Below are positions 28,494-42,918 of a DNA stretch of 64,000 bases, piece by piece. The stretch spans positions 77,562,001 to 77,626,000 of the forward strand of contig OX597830.1 in the NCBI GenBank assembly GCA_951406725.2, read 5' to 3'. Source of the DNA: Octopus vulgaris (Eukaryota). A program made the translations under genes and the position numbers. Below the pieces are notes generated by a model. That model had not been told where the DNA came from. It did no database searches and saw nothing but the letters and a program-made list of their open reading frames with translations. Position 1 is the first letter of the stretch. Each line of letters starts with the position of its first letter.

Positions 28494-28680
28494 GTAGGCA
28501 AATATACTGCAGTTACCGTTGAAAAAATATCTCTCTTATGGTAAAAGGTGAGAAAACACCGGAGACTTTGTGTTTATCCAAAATGGGACGAACACCATTC
28601 CTCCATGTGATCTATTTGAAAAATTGTTTAGGTATTAAGATCTTTTCCTATTTTTCGTAACATGAAACCAGTGGTAGCCT
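27530..28680 (-). pseudogene. Possible decayed Cys-loop (nAChR-like) receptor extracellular-domain remnant (speculative)
   Basis: Motifs in the expected order but with stops and frameshifts: VRPILD, YWWDER..WN, I*K/P, and C-x13-C (CHVNKCEYSTELHLC, 27546-27590) behind a pyrimidine-rich AG. Could be chance. Confidence 0.22.
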
Positions 28681-28912
28681 TAATTCACAAATAAAGAAAA
28701 TATATATATGACATACGCATATCATGTTGTTGAACAATTAAAAGTATGATGGCCAATGACCATTATAAACCAGCTGAATAAAAATATCGGGGAAAAAACC
28801 TTTAAAAAACATAAATGACAATAACAGAACTAAAACCTGTCTCTTACACATCACTTCCCCCACCCCGAATCTGCAATAACGATAACAATAGTAATAAAAT
28901 CAGTAGTAGTGT

Positions 28913-28959
<47 letters not shown>

Positions 28960-29190
28960 TGAGGAGGAGGAGGAGCCTGATGGGCCATTGGTTTGATAAT
29001 ATTTTTACCCCGTGTTGCAATAGTTCAGGCGTCCAGTTTCCCATGGTCTGCATGCAAAGTTGTAATTATTCACAAAATATCTATAAAAAAATCACAACCC
29101 GGCGAATGTACATTTATTTTTATTTTCCTTTCTTTTATCACACTCACATACAAACACACACATACACATTCATATATGTATATATATATA

Positions 29191-30164
29191 CTAGCATTAA
29201 AGACCCGTCGTTGCCGGTTCATAGTGCTAGTGCATGTATATATGTATATATATATATGTGTACATATTACATGTACATCTATATATATACATCTACACAT
29301 AAAATACAAAATACAAAGTTATATCTTGATATCGCTAGTGATAACAATACTCAAAATATATAACAGACTGGAATTGTTAGTCCGTCTCTTGTAATTTCGA
29401 TCAATTGTATCTTGTCCTCCCTCTTGTATAGAAGTGTAGCTACAATCCAGCTTAATTCTACTTCGGTGGGGGGGCATTTTAGATTTTTTCCGGGACGTCC
29501 TACGTCCCGGATATTTAGGGAAAAATTAAATATTTCCACTTAGCAAGTTCGAGTCGAGTACTCCCTTGCACTCGAACCTTGCTTCTATTGTGGCGAATTT
29601 ACCGCCTCTGATTAGATATCTTTCATAGTCGCACCAAGACACTTTTCGAAGGTGCTTTCCTCCATGTGTTCAAATCTTCTTTTTTCTCTACATTGTATAC
29701 TTTATAGACAATAGTCTTTTCTTTAATTTAATTTTTTATTATCCATCTGGACTATCCCATTTCTGCATGCTAATTTTATTTTTAATTTATTCCTATTCAT
29801 GTGAAACCACTTATTCAAGTTCAAGTCATTGATGCAATTTTATACCAATTGCTATTTTTACTTTTGTTATGTTACGATTATGTTATACTTTAGTTTGATT
29901 TTAATTATTACTTACTACATATAATTCAATTGTTATTATTATTTTTATTGTTAAAGTGAAAGTATCTGACATAAAATAGAGAAACGTTTTGTTTCACTTT
30001 TAACACGTAATACTGAAATAGTGGCGAAGATATGATATTGCTATGGGCTCGCTCTAGGCAAGAAGTTGAACTTTTTTGCCCATGAAACAACATGGACCCT
30101 AAGTAAGGCATGCGTAAAATTTGAATGAAATTGGTTGTGCAGTTCTCAAGTTTTAGGGAAACAC

Positions 30165-30195
<31 letters not shown>

Positions 30196-30223
30196 CACAT
30201 TCTCAGTTTTATATATATAGAGA
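29191..30223 (-). mobile_element. Non-autonomous Helitron
   Basis: 5' TCTCTATATATATAAAACTGAG, 3' GC-rich imperfect hairpin (CCGGCAACGACGGG) then CTAG, inserted between A and T, no TSD. Confidence 0.75.
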
Positions 30224-30839
30224 TATGTATGTATGTATGTATGCATGTATATATATGTATATGTATATGTATATGTGTGTGTGTTTGTGCGTGTGTGTTG
30301 ATGTGTGTTTGTGTGTTTGTATGTATATATGTATATATATATGCATATATATATTTAACACAAAGGTATAGGTATTTTAAACCCGGGAAGTTACCTTACG
30401 AGTGTTTTGAAAAAATTCAGTTTTGACCAACCACATCGAATGATAGGAAACATCTTTAATCGTTTAGAATTTAAAAAATTAAACTGTACTCACTTGAATT
30501 GGTAAGTCCTGAGTTCGCTTCAACAGATTCCACAGAGAATACCATGAAGACAATAATGAAGACTGGAGAATTATACATCTTCAAAATTTATTTTTCTTTC
30601 TTCGCATTACGTTCCAATTCGTGTTTCTGCTGAATAAGTACCTTGGGTTCCTTTGGTATAACAGTTTTGTGCATTTAATCTGTTTATATTAAATCGATTG
30701 TAGTGTATGTTCTAATCCAAAGGCTGACAATCCTACCCAGCTTTATTCAAGGTGTTTCCCATACGGGTGGATGGAGTGAACTGAAGCTGTAAGTATTAAG
30801 TATAAGTTTCTAAAATACGTTCTTGGTGAAGGATTATAA

Positions 30840-31610
30840 AATATTAGGGCAAAAGACGGTGGAGATAATATTGAATTATGACAGGTCCATAGTCCTGGTT
30901 TCATTTGATCTTTGAATAACTTCTTTAGACACCAAGGAAATAGATTACTATATTACGCTTAATAATATAGTAATCCCTTAGAAAGCCCCTTTAATAGGTC
31001 AGGATATTTTAACATCACTAGCTGCTCGTACTAAAAAGTATATAATATAATTTTAAGTAAATTGACAGATTTAGAAAATCGAAACAAATTAGATAATATA
31101 TTTCTTAGGGCAACTTGACTTATCCATAACAAGAGAATATTATAATACTCTTTCTGCGTTCCATCTTCATATCAGTCTTCTGGCTCCTTGCTTCAATTGT
31201 ATTATCAAATTCTATGGAAAAAACCAATCAAATTCTGCAAGTATCGTTCAGCGTGAAGGCTCCCAGATTCGCAATCATCTTTTTGCCGCCAAATTCATGC
31301 CGGCATTTATACTCTTTTTGCAGTAGTGCATTGCACTAGGTTAGCAGATGGTTAATTCTTTCATTCAGTTTCTATACATTCTATAACTATTATCTGTGTA
31401 AATCTTATCACTCTGTCTTATCAATTTTTTTCTATCGGTTTATTCCTGAGTGGCAACGATTGGTTATTAAGTTCCTATTTTCAGATCTTTTTCTCTGAAC
31501 TACAATCAGCATTCTTCACATCCAACTGCCTCGATTTATGAATTGGTCATTTAATTCCTTTTTCTTCCAGTTATTTGTCTTGTAGTTCTTTCTATTCTGA
31601 AGTGTGCAGA
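30840..31610 (-). mobile_element. Old decayed R4/Dong-type LINE C-terminal region
   Basis: WKKKELNDQF, INHLLT*CNALLQKEYKCRH (zinc-knuckle H..C..L...EY..RH pattern), KYPDL, IVIYFLGV, KPGL; many stops. Confidence 0.6.
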
Positions 31611-31779
31611 ATTTTTTTTTTTTTTTTGCTATTTAAGATAATTGATTTTGTCTTAAGATTATGAAATTAAAGTCAGTTACTTACAACTAGTGTATAACAA
31701 AAGAAATATTTTAATCGCTGTATTGATTTTTCTATATACCATTATTTAATCATATTTTTACTTTATTTTGTAAATTATA

Positions 31780-32166
31780 TGGAAGCACTCCGTCGGTTAC
31801 GACGACGAGGGTTCCGGTTGATCCGAATCAACGGAACAGCCTGCTCGTGAAATTAACGTGTAAGTGGCTGAGCACTCCACAGACACGTGTACCATTAACG
31901 TAGTTCTCGGGGATATTCAGCGTGACACAGAGAATGTGACAAGGCCGGCCCCTTGAAATACAGGTACAACAGAAACAGGAAGTAAGAGTGAGAGAATGTT
32001 GTGGTGAAAGAGTACAGCAGGGATCACCACCATCCCCTGCCGGAGCCTCGTGGAGCTTTAGGTGTTTTCGCTCAATAAACACTCACAACGCCCGGTCTGG
32101 GAATCGAAACCGCGATCCTATGACCGCGAGTCCGCTGCCCTAACCACTGGGCCATTGCGCCTCCAC
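31780..32166 (-). mobile_element. SINE family C (tRNA-like head GGAGGCGCAATGGCCCAGTGGTTAGGG)
   Basis: Nearly identical to 50787-51169; A box and GTTTCGATTCC B box. Confidence 0.9.
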
Positions 32167-32686
32167 ATTTTTTTGTAAATTATATTAGGCTAAAATAAAT
32201 TATTGTTTATGTATTATATTTAACATAAAAAATTTCATACAAAAAAAAATAATCAAACCACTTTTACTAGGATATATAATAATAATTTCTTTGTTGCTAT
32301 GTCAAATATTAAAATAAAAACACTAAGTCTGTAAACATTCAAATAAAAAGAAAATTGGCAAGTCTGCAAAACCTTACACGAACATTCGAATTGTCAGAAG
32401 GTTGTTTTTATGCATCTGAAAATTGTATTTTCTAGTGCGTGTAAACCCTTTAGAGGTTGACTCCCTTTCCTGTTACCGCGTAAAAACATGTCCAGACGAC
32501 ATTCCTGCAATAAATTGCATCAAACGACATTCTTTTTTCACGACCAACACTTGCAACATGAAATGCTGCTCGTATATCAAGAAGCAGCGAGATGACATTA
32601 TGACTACATGCATGTTTTATAATGGAGGCCATCACTTTCTGAAATGGTTTCAAGAATTTTGTTTAAATTTGGGGTTATTAAATATT

Positions 32687-33098
32687 GGTTTCAACTCTTG
32701 ACACAGGGCCAACAGGTTTGGCGGAAGGGGTACGTCAACTACATCAACTCCACTGCTCAACTGGTACATATTTTTATCGACCACGAAAGGATGAAAAGCA
32801 AAGTCGACCTCATCGAAATTTGAACTGAGCATTTTTCCCGGCGTGCTCACGTTTCTTATTTCTTTATTGCCCACAAGGGGACAAACAAGGACAAACACAG
32901 AGGAGACAAAGAAGGACAGACAAACGGATTAAGTCGATTACCTCGACCCCAGTGCGTAACTGGTGCTTAATTTATCGACCCCGAAAGGATGAAAGGTAAA
33001 GTCGACCTCGGCGGAATTTGAACTCAGAAAGTAACAGCAGACGAAATACCGCTAAGAATTTCGCCCGGCGTGCTCACGTTTCTGCCAGCTCGCTGCCA
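32687..33098 (-). mobile_element. SINE family B, tandem or compound copy
   Basis: Two family B cores; approximate TSD TTGGGGTTA.TAAA(A)TATT on both flanks. Confidence 0.88.
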
Positions 33099-33399
33099 CT
33101 TGGGGTTAATAAAATATTAGAAATCCTTGTATAGGATTACAAAAACCTGACAAATACCATGCTACCACAGTCTCTTGAGCTGTTTATATTTTTCAACTAG
33201 AATTTATTCTATGAAGCCAAAGATTATAGAAAATTTCTTCAGGCGTAAAATAAAGAATTCAAATACAGACGATACTGCATGGAGCTTTGCTGGAAACGTT
33301 TCCCCCAGATGCGCACACATCACTCAAACAAACCGATATTTATTTTAAACATCTGCTTTCCTGCGGAATGAAATTATAATTTCAACTGTTTTTTCTTAA

Positions 33400-33800
33400 A
33401 AACAGTTTTCCCTGGATAGCGTTTTCCTATCGACCAAATCACTCCTTTTTCTGATGTACACTTTCAACTGAGGATTAAACTTTTTTTTTTTTTAACTTTT
33501 GCATATTTCCTTTTTAACAGTACTTAGCATTTTTGCTCTTTATTTTCATATCTTCAATTTCAAAGTATTTTAGAAAGATATCATCATTTAGATCTATCAC
33601 TTTGAAGACCAGATGTCTTGAGAACATTCGCGTCTCATCAAGACCACGAATAGTAAAGTCTAAAATTTTATAATTGGTTACTTCTTCAAACTACTTATAG
33701 ACTATCTTGATTAAAATTTCTACATCTTTCACTATTGTAACAGTATTCCAAATATCGCTTGCAAATAAATCTTCATAATATATGACACATCATTTAATGT
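33400..33800 (-). mobile_element. Decayed reverse-transcriptase segment, probably the same R4/Dong-type LINE
   Basis: IYYEDLFA (YMDD-like), EEVTNYKILD (YKYLG-like), KIRAKM, VYIRKRSDL in the expected order; weak similarity. Confidence 0.4.
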
Positions 33801-34339
33801 ATCAGAACAGAACTTACTTGTTTGAATCACGTGACCATTCGTTGTTTTTGCTTTTCTCTTAGCACTACAGATGGACTATCTGAACTAGACATCAGTAATT
33901 TTTTATATCCTGCTGATTGATCTTATAGAAATCGTTGATCTCATTTGTAATTGATTCTTAATTGAAAAATGAAATCGTACCCTAGATTTTAGCTGCTATT
34001 TTTCCTGAACGGAATATTTTTCATCAAAATTTTACTAATAAAAATATCTGTTCTTCCATCGACGCTCAACGATTCATTTTTTAATTGCAGAACTTCAGGC
34101 ATACTTTCGCAATGAGTGACAATTTATTGGTTCCGCTGACTCAAAAGCATAAATTTTATTACGTCAGCTTATTGGCAAGGTTTCATATTCAACCATATGA
34201 TCATTTTTATAAATCCTTGATTTTTCGTTTTTATGTTTTCCCGTAGTCCTCTGAAATTTTTCTTTTTACCGCTCGGTTCTGACACCCCATATTTTTTTGT
34301 ATTTGTCTTATTTTTTCTTGTTCATTCTTGTCTTTCATA

Positions 34340-34574
34340 TTCTCTTTACTCTCTTTTACTCTTTTACTTGTTTCACTCATTTGACTGCGGCCATGCTGGA
34401 GCACCGCCTTTAGTCGAGCAAATCGACCCCGGGACTTATTCTTTGTAAGCCCAGTACTTATTCTATCGGTCTCTTTTGCTGAACCGCTAAGTGACGGGGA
34501 CGTAAACACACCAACATCGGTTGTCAAGCAATGCTAGGGGGACAAACACAGACACACAAACATACAATTACACT

Positions 34575-34624
<50 letters not shown>

Positions 34625-34796
34625 ATACATATATACGACAGGCTTCTTTCAGTTTCCGTCTACCAAATCCGCTCACAAGGCATTGGTCGGCCCGGGGCTA
34701 TAGCAGAAGACACTTGCCCAAGATGCCACGCAGTGGGACTGAACCCGGAACCATGTGGTTGGTTAGCAAGCTACTTACCACACAGCCACTCCTGCG
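34340..34796 (-). mobile_element. SINE family A (young copy)
   Basis: Reverse complement nearly identical to 46039-46437. Confidence 0.9.
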
Positions 34797-35562
34797 CTCT
34801 TCAAACTTCAGCAGCTTTTTACTGCCATCCCCCCTCCTGCTCGCTATCAATCCACCACAAAAAATAGAACTATATTATCAATAAGTCTTCGAAATTGTGA
34901 TGATTTGTGGCCAATGAGGGGTGAGTATGTCTGTCACGAACATTGTATTTTGTTCTCTATCACGTATGTTCCTTTGCCAAACCCCAATGCAACATTATAT
35001 ATACAGCAGCATAGGGGGACGACAAATGTACACACACACAGAAACATGGGGTATACTTATCTATAATTGAACTATTATGAACTTTTCACATTCCTGACTC
35101 TTTCTGATTTGCTTTTATGCATATTTTTATAAAAAAAGCTTGCATTTCTTTTCATCAGGTTATATAGATTTAAATAGGTTATAAATTGATTTATTGACGT
35201 GATACCTCTTGATTATGTGATTGACACTTTATGAGTTTCTTCCAGTGTAGATTCATATATATATATATATATATATATACAAGTTTCTGCGTCGTATGTG
35301 ACAAACTCCCAAGAACATCATATTGATGAGCAACTGATCTTTCAGATAATGGACCCACGTTTGCATTCTTTTTCCTAATTTATTTTAAAAACTATAGGTA
35401 TATTCACTCAAAACATGATAGTATTTTATACATTGCTTTAAAATACGTTCGGTGGTCGTTTAATTTAATTTAAACAAACAGAACTTAACAAGATGTTAAG
35501 TTCCGGGGGTTCTCCAACTTTAAATTGTAACCGAATCCATATGTTTTATTTTAGCGGCACTG

Positions 35563-35650
<88 letters not shown>

Positions 35651-35686
35651 GAGGAGGAGGAGGAGGAGGAGGAGGAGGAGGAGGAG
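35563..35686. repeat. (AGT)n followed by (AGG)n
   Basis: Direct reading. Confidence 0.95.
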
Positions 35687-35774
35687 AAAAAAGAGGAGAC
35701 TAGTACAAGTGTTATGTCACTAGTATGTCACTAAAATTGCAGAATAGTTATGCTAAATAGGTATCTCTTTTACC

Positions 35775-36008
35775 TATTTCTTTACTACCCACAAGGGGCA
35801 AAACATAGCGGGGACAAAGAAGGAGGACAGACAAACGGATTAAGTCGATTATATCGACCCCAGTGCGTAACTGGTACTTAATTTATCGACCCCGAAAGGA
35901 TGAAAGGCAAAGTCGACCTCGGCGGAATTTGAACTCAGAATGTAGCGGCAGACGAAATACCGCTAAGCATTTCGTCCGGCGTGATAACGTTTCTGCCAGC
36001 TCTCCGCC
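35775..36008 (-). mobile_element. SINE family B with 22-bp TSD
   Basis: TSD CTAAATAGGTATCT(C/A)TTTTACC at 35753-35774 and 36008-36029. Confidence 0.92.
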
Positions 36009-36964
36009 TAAATAGGTATCTATTTTACCATTATGAAAAAAAAGAGACGAACAACGTTGGATAATATTAAATCAACTAAATGCATGTATCTTCTGTATCA
36101 AAGCATACTAGAACCAAAACACGTGTCGGAATGGAATAGGAAGAAAATACTTTGATAAATAAATGTTGAAGATGTATAATTGTCAACTCTTCTTTATGAC
36201 GTATTCTGTGAATGTATGTGTGTGTGTGTATGCATGTAATATATATATATATATACACACATTTATTGAACCTGGTCGTAGTTCATTTATTTTCGTTCAG
36301 CATCTGACGATCGTCTTAGAAGTGCCCTGTGTCAAAAAATATCATTCGTTGCAGACGTCCTCTCAACATCGTTCACACACGCCCGACTCGGGCTCAGAAG
36401 TTTCAGCCCGAGTTGTTATTTATAATCGTAAAAGTTAAAAGTAATTCAAATTCAATGTTTTCTTGAAACGATATATTTCTGTAGAATTTAGGATTTAAAT
36501 TCATTCGAGTCTATGAAAAGTTTCCGTTCTACAATATTCTTAAAGGAACGAAAATTTATCCAGCGACTCGGGCTAATACGAACGAGCCTGGTCGGTGTAA
36601 AAGACTGACTGGCATCCCTTGTCAAGAGTACAGGCTTCAGACAGACCGCTGATGTTCGTTGTGCACTACGCTGTCGTTATTTGATTGCTGACATTCTGGG
36701 TGGGCGTCTGTGAGCAAAGACCAGTTGTGTTTTGCAGGGTTGCTATATTTTCACGCTTAGCTTAGAAATAGAGAAAGATATTGTGCAAGATATAAAAAAA
36801 AAAATAGCCATTTGGTGAGAGAAATAAATCGGGAAAACCGTGAAACTCTGCGAGCAGGCATATGTCTTATGCGAAATTTGTGATGAGCCCGAGTGACGTT
36901 CATGACCTGGAGTCACCTCTGATAGATAGATATATGTGTGTGTGTGTGTGTGTGTGCATATGTG

Positions 36965-37018
<54 letters not shown>

Positions 37019-37439
37019 ATAAGATTGGATCGTATACGAGTGGGTATATATTTGTAAAAAAGAAGTTTGAAAACGCCACTATATTACATAAATTTTAATT
37101 TTACATGTTTCGGTTCTTGAAAAAACGAACCTTATCAAAAAAATTTATTATAAAAAGTATAATGGAATAGTTCATAATTGTTACATACATTCAATAGAAT
37201 CCATGCTATATACATTCAATAGAATCCATGTTCTTGAAAAGAACTGTGTAGTATATATAATTATAAATATCATAAATATCAATATTATATATTTTATATA
37301 TATAATTATTATGATTACATATATATATATATATATATATACACATTTTTACTTTTTCACTATCATTTTTGTATGTATGCATCTGTGATTGCAGATGTAT
37401 GCGTCTGCATGTGCGTGCATGTGTGTGTATGTCTGAGTG

Positions 37440-37561
37440 ATTGTGTGTTAGTGAATGTGTGTGTGGGTGTGCGTGCATACGTATGAGTGGCAGTGTGTAT
37501 ATAAAGTTATGTATGTATATGTATACATGTATATGAATATGTATACATGTATATGTATATG

Positions 37562-37596
<35 letters not shown>

Positions 37597-37794
37597 ATTT
37601 ATGTGTATATATACATACACACACACACACACACACACAATATATATATATATATATACACGCATATACATGTATATACGTGTGTGCGTGTATATGTCTA
37701 TGTAAATACATATATGCATTTATATATAATCATATATGCTTATACCTATACATCTATGTATGTGTCTATATCTATACGTCTGTGTGTATATGCG

Positions 37795-37825
<31 letters not shown>

Positions 37826-37834
37826 TTATATATA

Positions 37835-37920
<86 letters not shown>

Positions 37921-37948
37921 TATGCATATATACGTATAGATATATATT

Positions 37949-37990
<42 letters not shown>
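37440..37990. repeat. Compound (TA)/(TG)/(CA) tract, representative of dozens in the window
   Basis: Direct reading. Confidence 0.9.
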
Positions 37991-37993
<3 letters not shown>

Positions 37994-38451
37994 CAAGGGA
38001 CACAGGGGGAAAGAGATGGTGTGAAGAGGGGAGAATGATCTGGCAGACAGATACACAGACAGGTCCCCATTTGGATTATAATGCTGACGGTAGTTTTGGT
38101 AATGCCGTCCTATTCTGATATGTAGACGCAAAATAGCAGCTGTCTACCTCAACGATTAAAAAGTAGTTAGGGGCCATTTAACCCCCGGCCCTGTTCCCAT
38201 TATATCACAAAGGTGGCTTATTCTTTGCTGATAAAATGGTGGTTCAGAAGTTTGAACCACCATAATGGTTTTTCTGTTTGAGCTATTTTTGTTTGTTTGT
38301 GTGTGTATATATGTGTGTGTCAAATATAATACAATACATACATATATATATATATACATACATGTATATATATCTACCCTTATGTATGTATATGCGTATA
38401 TATATATATATATATGTATGTGGGTGTATGTATGTATATATATATATGTAT

Positions 38452-38513
<62 letters not shown>

Positions 38514-38599
38514 GTATATACATATAGATAGCTATATAAATAGATAAATAGATACATACATATATATATATATATGTATGTATTATGTATGTATGTGTC

Positions 38600-38805
38600 T
38601 CTGATTGTCCCCACCTCCACCGTTTGACAACCGGTGTTAGTGTGCTTATGTACCCGTAACATAGTGGTTCGGCAAACGAAATCGATAGAATAAGTACCAG
38701 GCTTTACAAAAAATTACTGGGATCGATATATTCTACTATAAATTCTTCAAAGCGATGCCCCAGCATGGCTGCAGTCTAATGGCTGACACAAGCAGAAGAC
38801 GAAAG
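38600..38805 (+). mobile_element. SINE family A, 3' half
   Basis: TTGACAACCGGTG..GATAGAATAAGTACCAGG..CCCAGCATGGC. Confidence 0.7.
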
Positions 38806-39721
38806 TTATATGCACACAGAAAACACACACACACACACTTACATACATACTTACACACGCACTCACATACATATTATGAGAATTTAAGTATGTGTACACT
38901 TAGGAAACTTAGGAAATTACAGTTCCATTAAAAATATCCCTTTAACCAATATTTTTTACCCTGAAGAGATAATGTGAAACGTTACTCAACGTGAGTAAAA
39001 GACATTTTTATGCCCTCTAAGATCAAATTCAAGCTGGTCCTGATCGATGTATGGGGAAGTACTTGGTTTATCGAGCGAAACAATATCTATAATGATATCC
39101 GCTTGATTTTTCGAACCCGAGTTGGTGAGATACATTAAGCAAGGATAGTAAGATTTGTGCCGACTTTAAGTTTAGTCCCGCAGTAAATGGCGTAGTGCAG
39201 TAGAAAAGTAAAAATCAGAGGCACAGGTATTGGAATAAACCCAACGACACGCAAATTTTTAGCTCAACACGGGTAACATGCTACAATATATATATGAAAC
39301 AGATCGGCATGTGCTGTACGGGGAGGATGTGATATTGCTAAAAGGCAGAAGCCAAGTAAACGATAGGGTATTGATGAAAATCTAAAATATGTTACTCAAC
39401 TGCATGATGTTCCCCTACTGGACAGTTAATTTAGTGAGAAAGTCATTTCTTCATAATTGGCGCAATTAGGAGTGGGAATTTGAAACTAAGTAATACAGAA
39501 AAAAGATGCGCAATTGTTTTGTATACCAACAAATATGGTATATTCTAATGAATAGTCTGGGATGAATCAAGTGATTTTATTGATTCAGTTTAAGAATTTC
39601 ATCTGAGCCAAAATTAAATTAGGAATTAACATCAAAGCAGCAGGTGAATATATTGCGTGATATTGCCAAAACCACGTTGCACTACAAATTCAGCATACGT
39701 TAACCTGTACATGAAATATAT

Positions 39722-41122
39722 CACCCACTTTTTCAAAATATACACTACATTTAAAACACATGCATCCTAATCCACCAAAGAAGTTTTTCCAAGGACTATT
39801 ATTGAACTCTAAAAGCATAAAGACTCTACAATGTATTGGTATACATATTTATTAATTTTGGTATATATGTATTAATATATAAATTTTTTTCCCCTTCCTC
39901 ATTTAAAAAAAAAAATTTTCCCCTTCCAAATCTTGAAAATTTGCCTTGCCATGGAAACCGGTTTGATTTATTATTTTTTCTTTTTTAATTTTTCATACAC
40001 CCATTTTTATTAAAATTTACTTTCAAATTAGCATGCTGCGTTATAATTTTTCCTTTCCTATATATATATATATATTAGATTCCTTACGAAAACATAATCA
40101 CTTTCGGTACCCTTACAGACAGGACACGTAATATCTATATCCTAAGCAACTTTGAAGATTAATGCCTCAAAGGTGAACTAAATTTCATGAGTATGTGTAT
40201 CGATTATGAATCACGTTCCATTACAGGAAAACTCGTGAAAGAAACTTATTCCTGTGATGCACGCCGGGCAAGGAGAATCTAAACATTAACGAGTCATTTC
40301 AGAATATAAGGAGTTAAGGGCCGAAACAATTGCGTGTCACAGAGAGAGGGGTTTCTTCTTTGAAGTCCGTCTGCTTACTCAGCTCTCCCTAGAGTTTCTC
40401 ACTACACTTCTAGCAGATTCGAACATAAATGTCTGATCGCGAGCAAACATTCACATTCGAAACTGTCAGAAATTATTAAAAATTAATAAATACACTTAAG
40501 ATATATTGTTGCACAAATATAAAACAAAACAAAAAAATGGTTCGCTCAACTGCAAATGTTATTTCCATCTACACTCATAGAATTTTCCCCTCAGATATAT
40601 ATGTCTTTGCTACACGTACTACTTTAAACGAAACCATGAATAAAGTTCCGAGTATTGTTAGCTATCATTTCTGTAAACACAACATGTAAACGTCAGTTCT
40701 GTAACATTAAAATCGGATGAGAAGGTAGTTTGTATAACAATCTAAAATATACCGTTTATCATGGGGACAGGTGTTAAGCGATATTTTACCTTTGCCAAGA
40801 AAACTAATGAGTTTTTTTCATAATTTGTTTCAAAAATCACAGACAACAATGAAAATTATTAATGCGCGGTTTTATAAGAAAACTGTATATTTTTGTGATA
40901 TTATGTCAAATTATAATTATTTCATTTATTTATGACATAAGATTAATCATATTTACGTGACAAAAAGATCCAGGTATTGCATTGAGAGAAAAAGAAAAAC
41001 AACAGTTTGCGTTTTACTAACTTCTAGATTAATTGAAACTTTCAATAAACTTTTTCCTTCGGTTTCCTATTATTGCTGAACATGAAAATTTATGCGACTC
41101 AATTTATGATTAAAATGGATTA
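39722..41122 (+). repeat. Left arm of a large inverted duplication
   Basis: Collinear reverse-complement similarity to 43540-45332. Confidence 0.9.
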
Positions 41123-41279
41123 TATTTTCATTCTTTTACTTGTTTCAGTAAAAGAAATGCGGTCATACTGGGGCATCAACTTTGAAAGGTTTAGTCGAAG
41201 AAATCGAGCTCAATATTATTTTCTTATATATATATATACATATATATACATTTATACATATATATATATATATATATTG

Positions 41280-41592
41280 AGACCCCCTGACCGTGGGATT
41301 GCACCTAGAAAGTTACCCTCTCAGGCACAAGTCCGGGCAAGGTTGTTTATGGAAGACCAGCAGCCGCCCATGCATACCGGCCTCCCCTCTCCACGCCACC
41401 AGTGTTATCCAAGGGAAAGGCAAAGGACGATACATCTTCGTACCTGTGACGTCGCAATTCATTTCTACAACTGGGTGAACTGGAGCAACGTGAAATAAAG
41501 TGTCTTGCTCAAGAACACAACAATCCGGGATTCGAACTCACAACCTCACGATCGTACGCTCGACGCTCTAACCATTGAGCCATGCTCCTTCG
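41280..41592 (-). mobile_element. SINE family D
   Basis: Reverse-complement match to 23131-23430. Confidence 0.82.
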
Positions 41593-41594
41593 CA

Positions 41595-42262
<668 letters not shown>

Positions 42263-42282
42263 CAACAACAACAACAACAACA

Positions 42283-42417
42283 ACGCAGAACACTTTCAAT
42301 ACAGTAACCATCAGAGCACCACAACATATCACAGCACATACCCAAGGCACACAGAGCTGCGCTCGGTAGTGAAGGGAAAGCACGCTATAAAAATAAAACT
42401 ACTGAATAATAATAATA
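42283..42417 (+). mobile_element. R4/Dong-type LINE extreme 3' end (second subfamily)
   Basis: RRTLSIQ* plus ~100-nt UTR, embedded between (TAA/CAA)n tracts. Confidence 0.6.
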
Positions 42418-42581
42418 GTGACAGCAACAACGGCAACAAAGAGAATTTCTTTTACCCTTTTACAGGTATAATATCGATTTTGCAGAATCTTTAGTTTTCG
42501 GATCACTGATATTTTTCGAGCCAGTGTGGTCAACGAACACTAAATTAAATTTTAAATTTTGAATTTGCTTCAATAACTGTG

Positions 42582-42918
42582 GGCGCAGGCGTGGTTAGGT
42601 GGTAAGAAGTTTGCTCCCTAACCACATGGTGCCGGGTTCAGTTCCACTCCGTGGCAACCTGGGCAACTGTCTTCTAGTATAGCCCCGGGCCGACTAAAGC
42701 TTTGAGTGGATTCGGAAGACAGAAATTGAAAGAAGACTTTATATGTATCTATCTTTGAGCCTCTGTTCGTTCCCCATCACCGCTTGACACCTAGTGTTGG
42801 TGTGTTTACATCTCCGTAACTTAGTGGTTCGGCAAAAGAGAACGCCAGGCTTTAAAAAAGTGCTGGGGTAGATTTATCCGGCATAGCCATAGTCTAATGA
42901 CTGAAATAAGTAAAAGAA
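42582..42918 (+). mobile_element. SINE family A (older subfamily)
   Basis: GGCGCAGGCGTGG head, family A body and tail. Confidence 0.8.

Noticed and set aside
30600-30950. Apparent second nAChR-like segment (LFKDQMKPGLWTCHNS..HPYGKH)
   Set aside because: Better explained as the C-terminus and UTR of the decayed R4/Dong-type LINE just upstream on the same strand; shows how easily such motifs are over-read.
32090-32166. SINE heads (also 23131, 51095, 57058) as tRNA genes
   Set aside because: They have A/B boxes but no closed acceptor stem and continue into repeated SINE bodies.
38955-38990. CTGAAGA..GAAACGT hammerhead-like string
   Set aside because: No stem II or stem I pairing, and U at the cleavage position.
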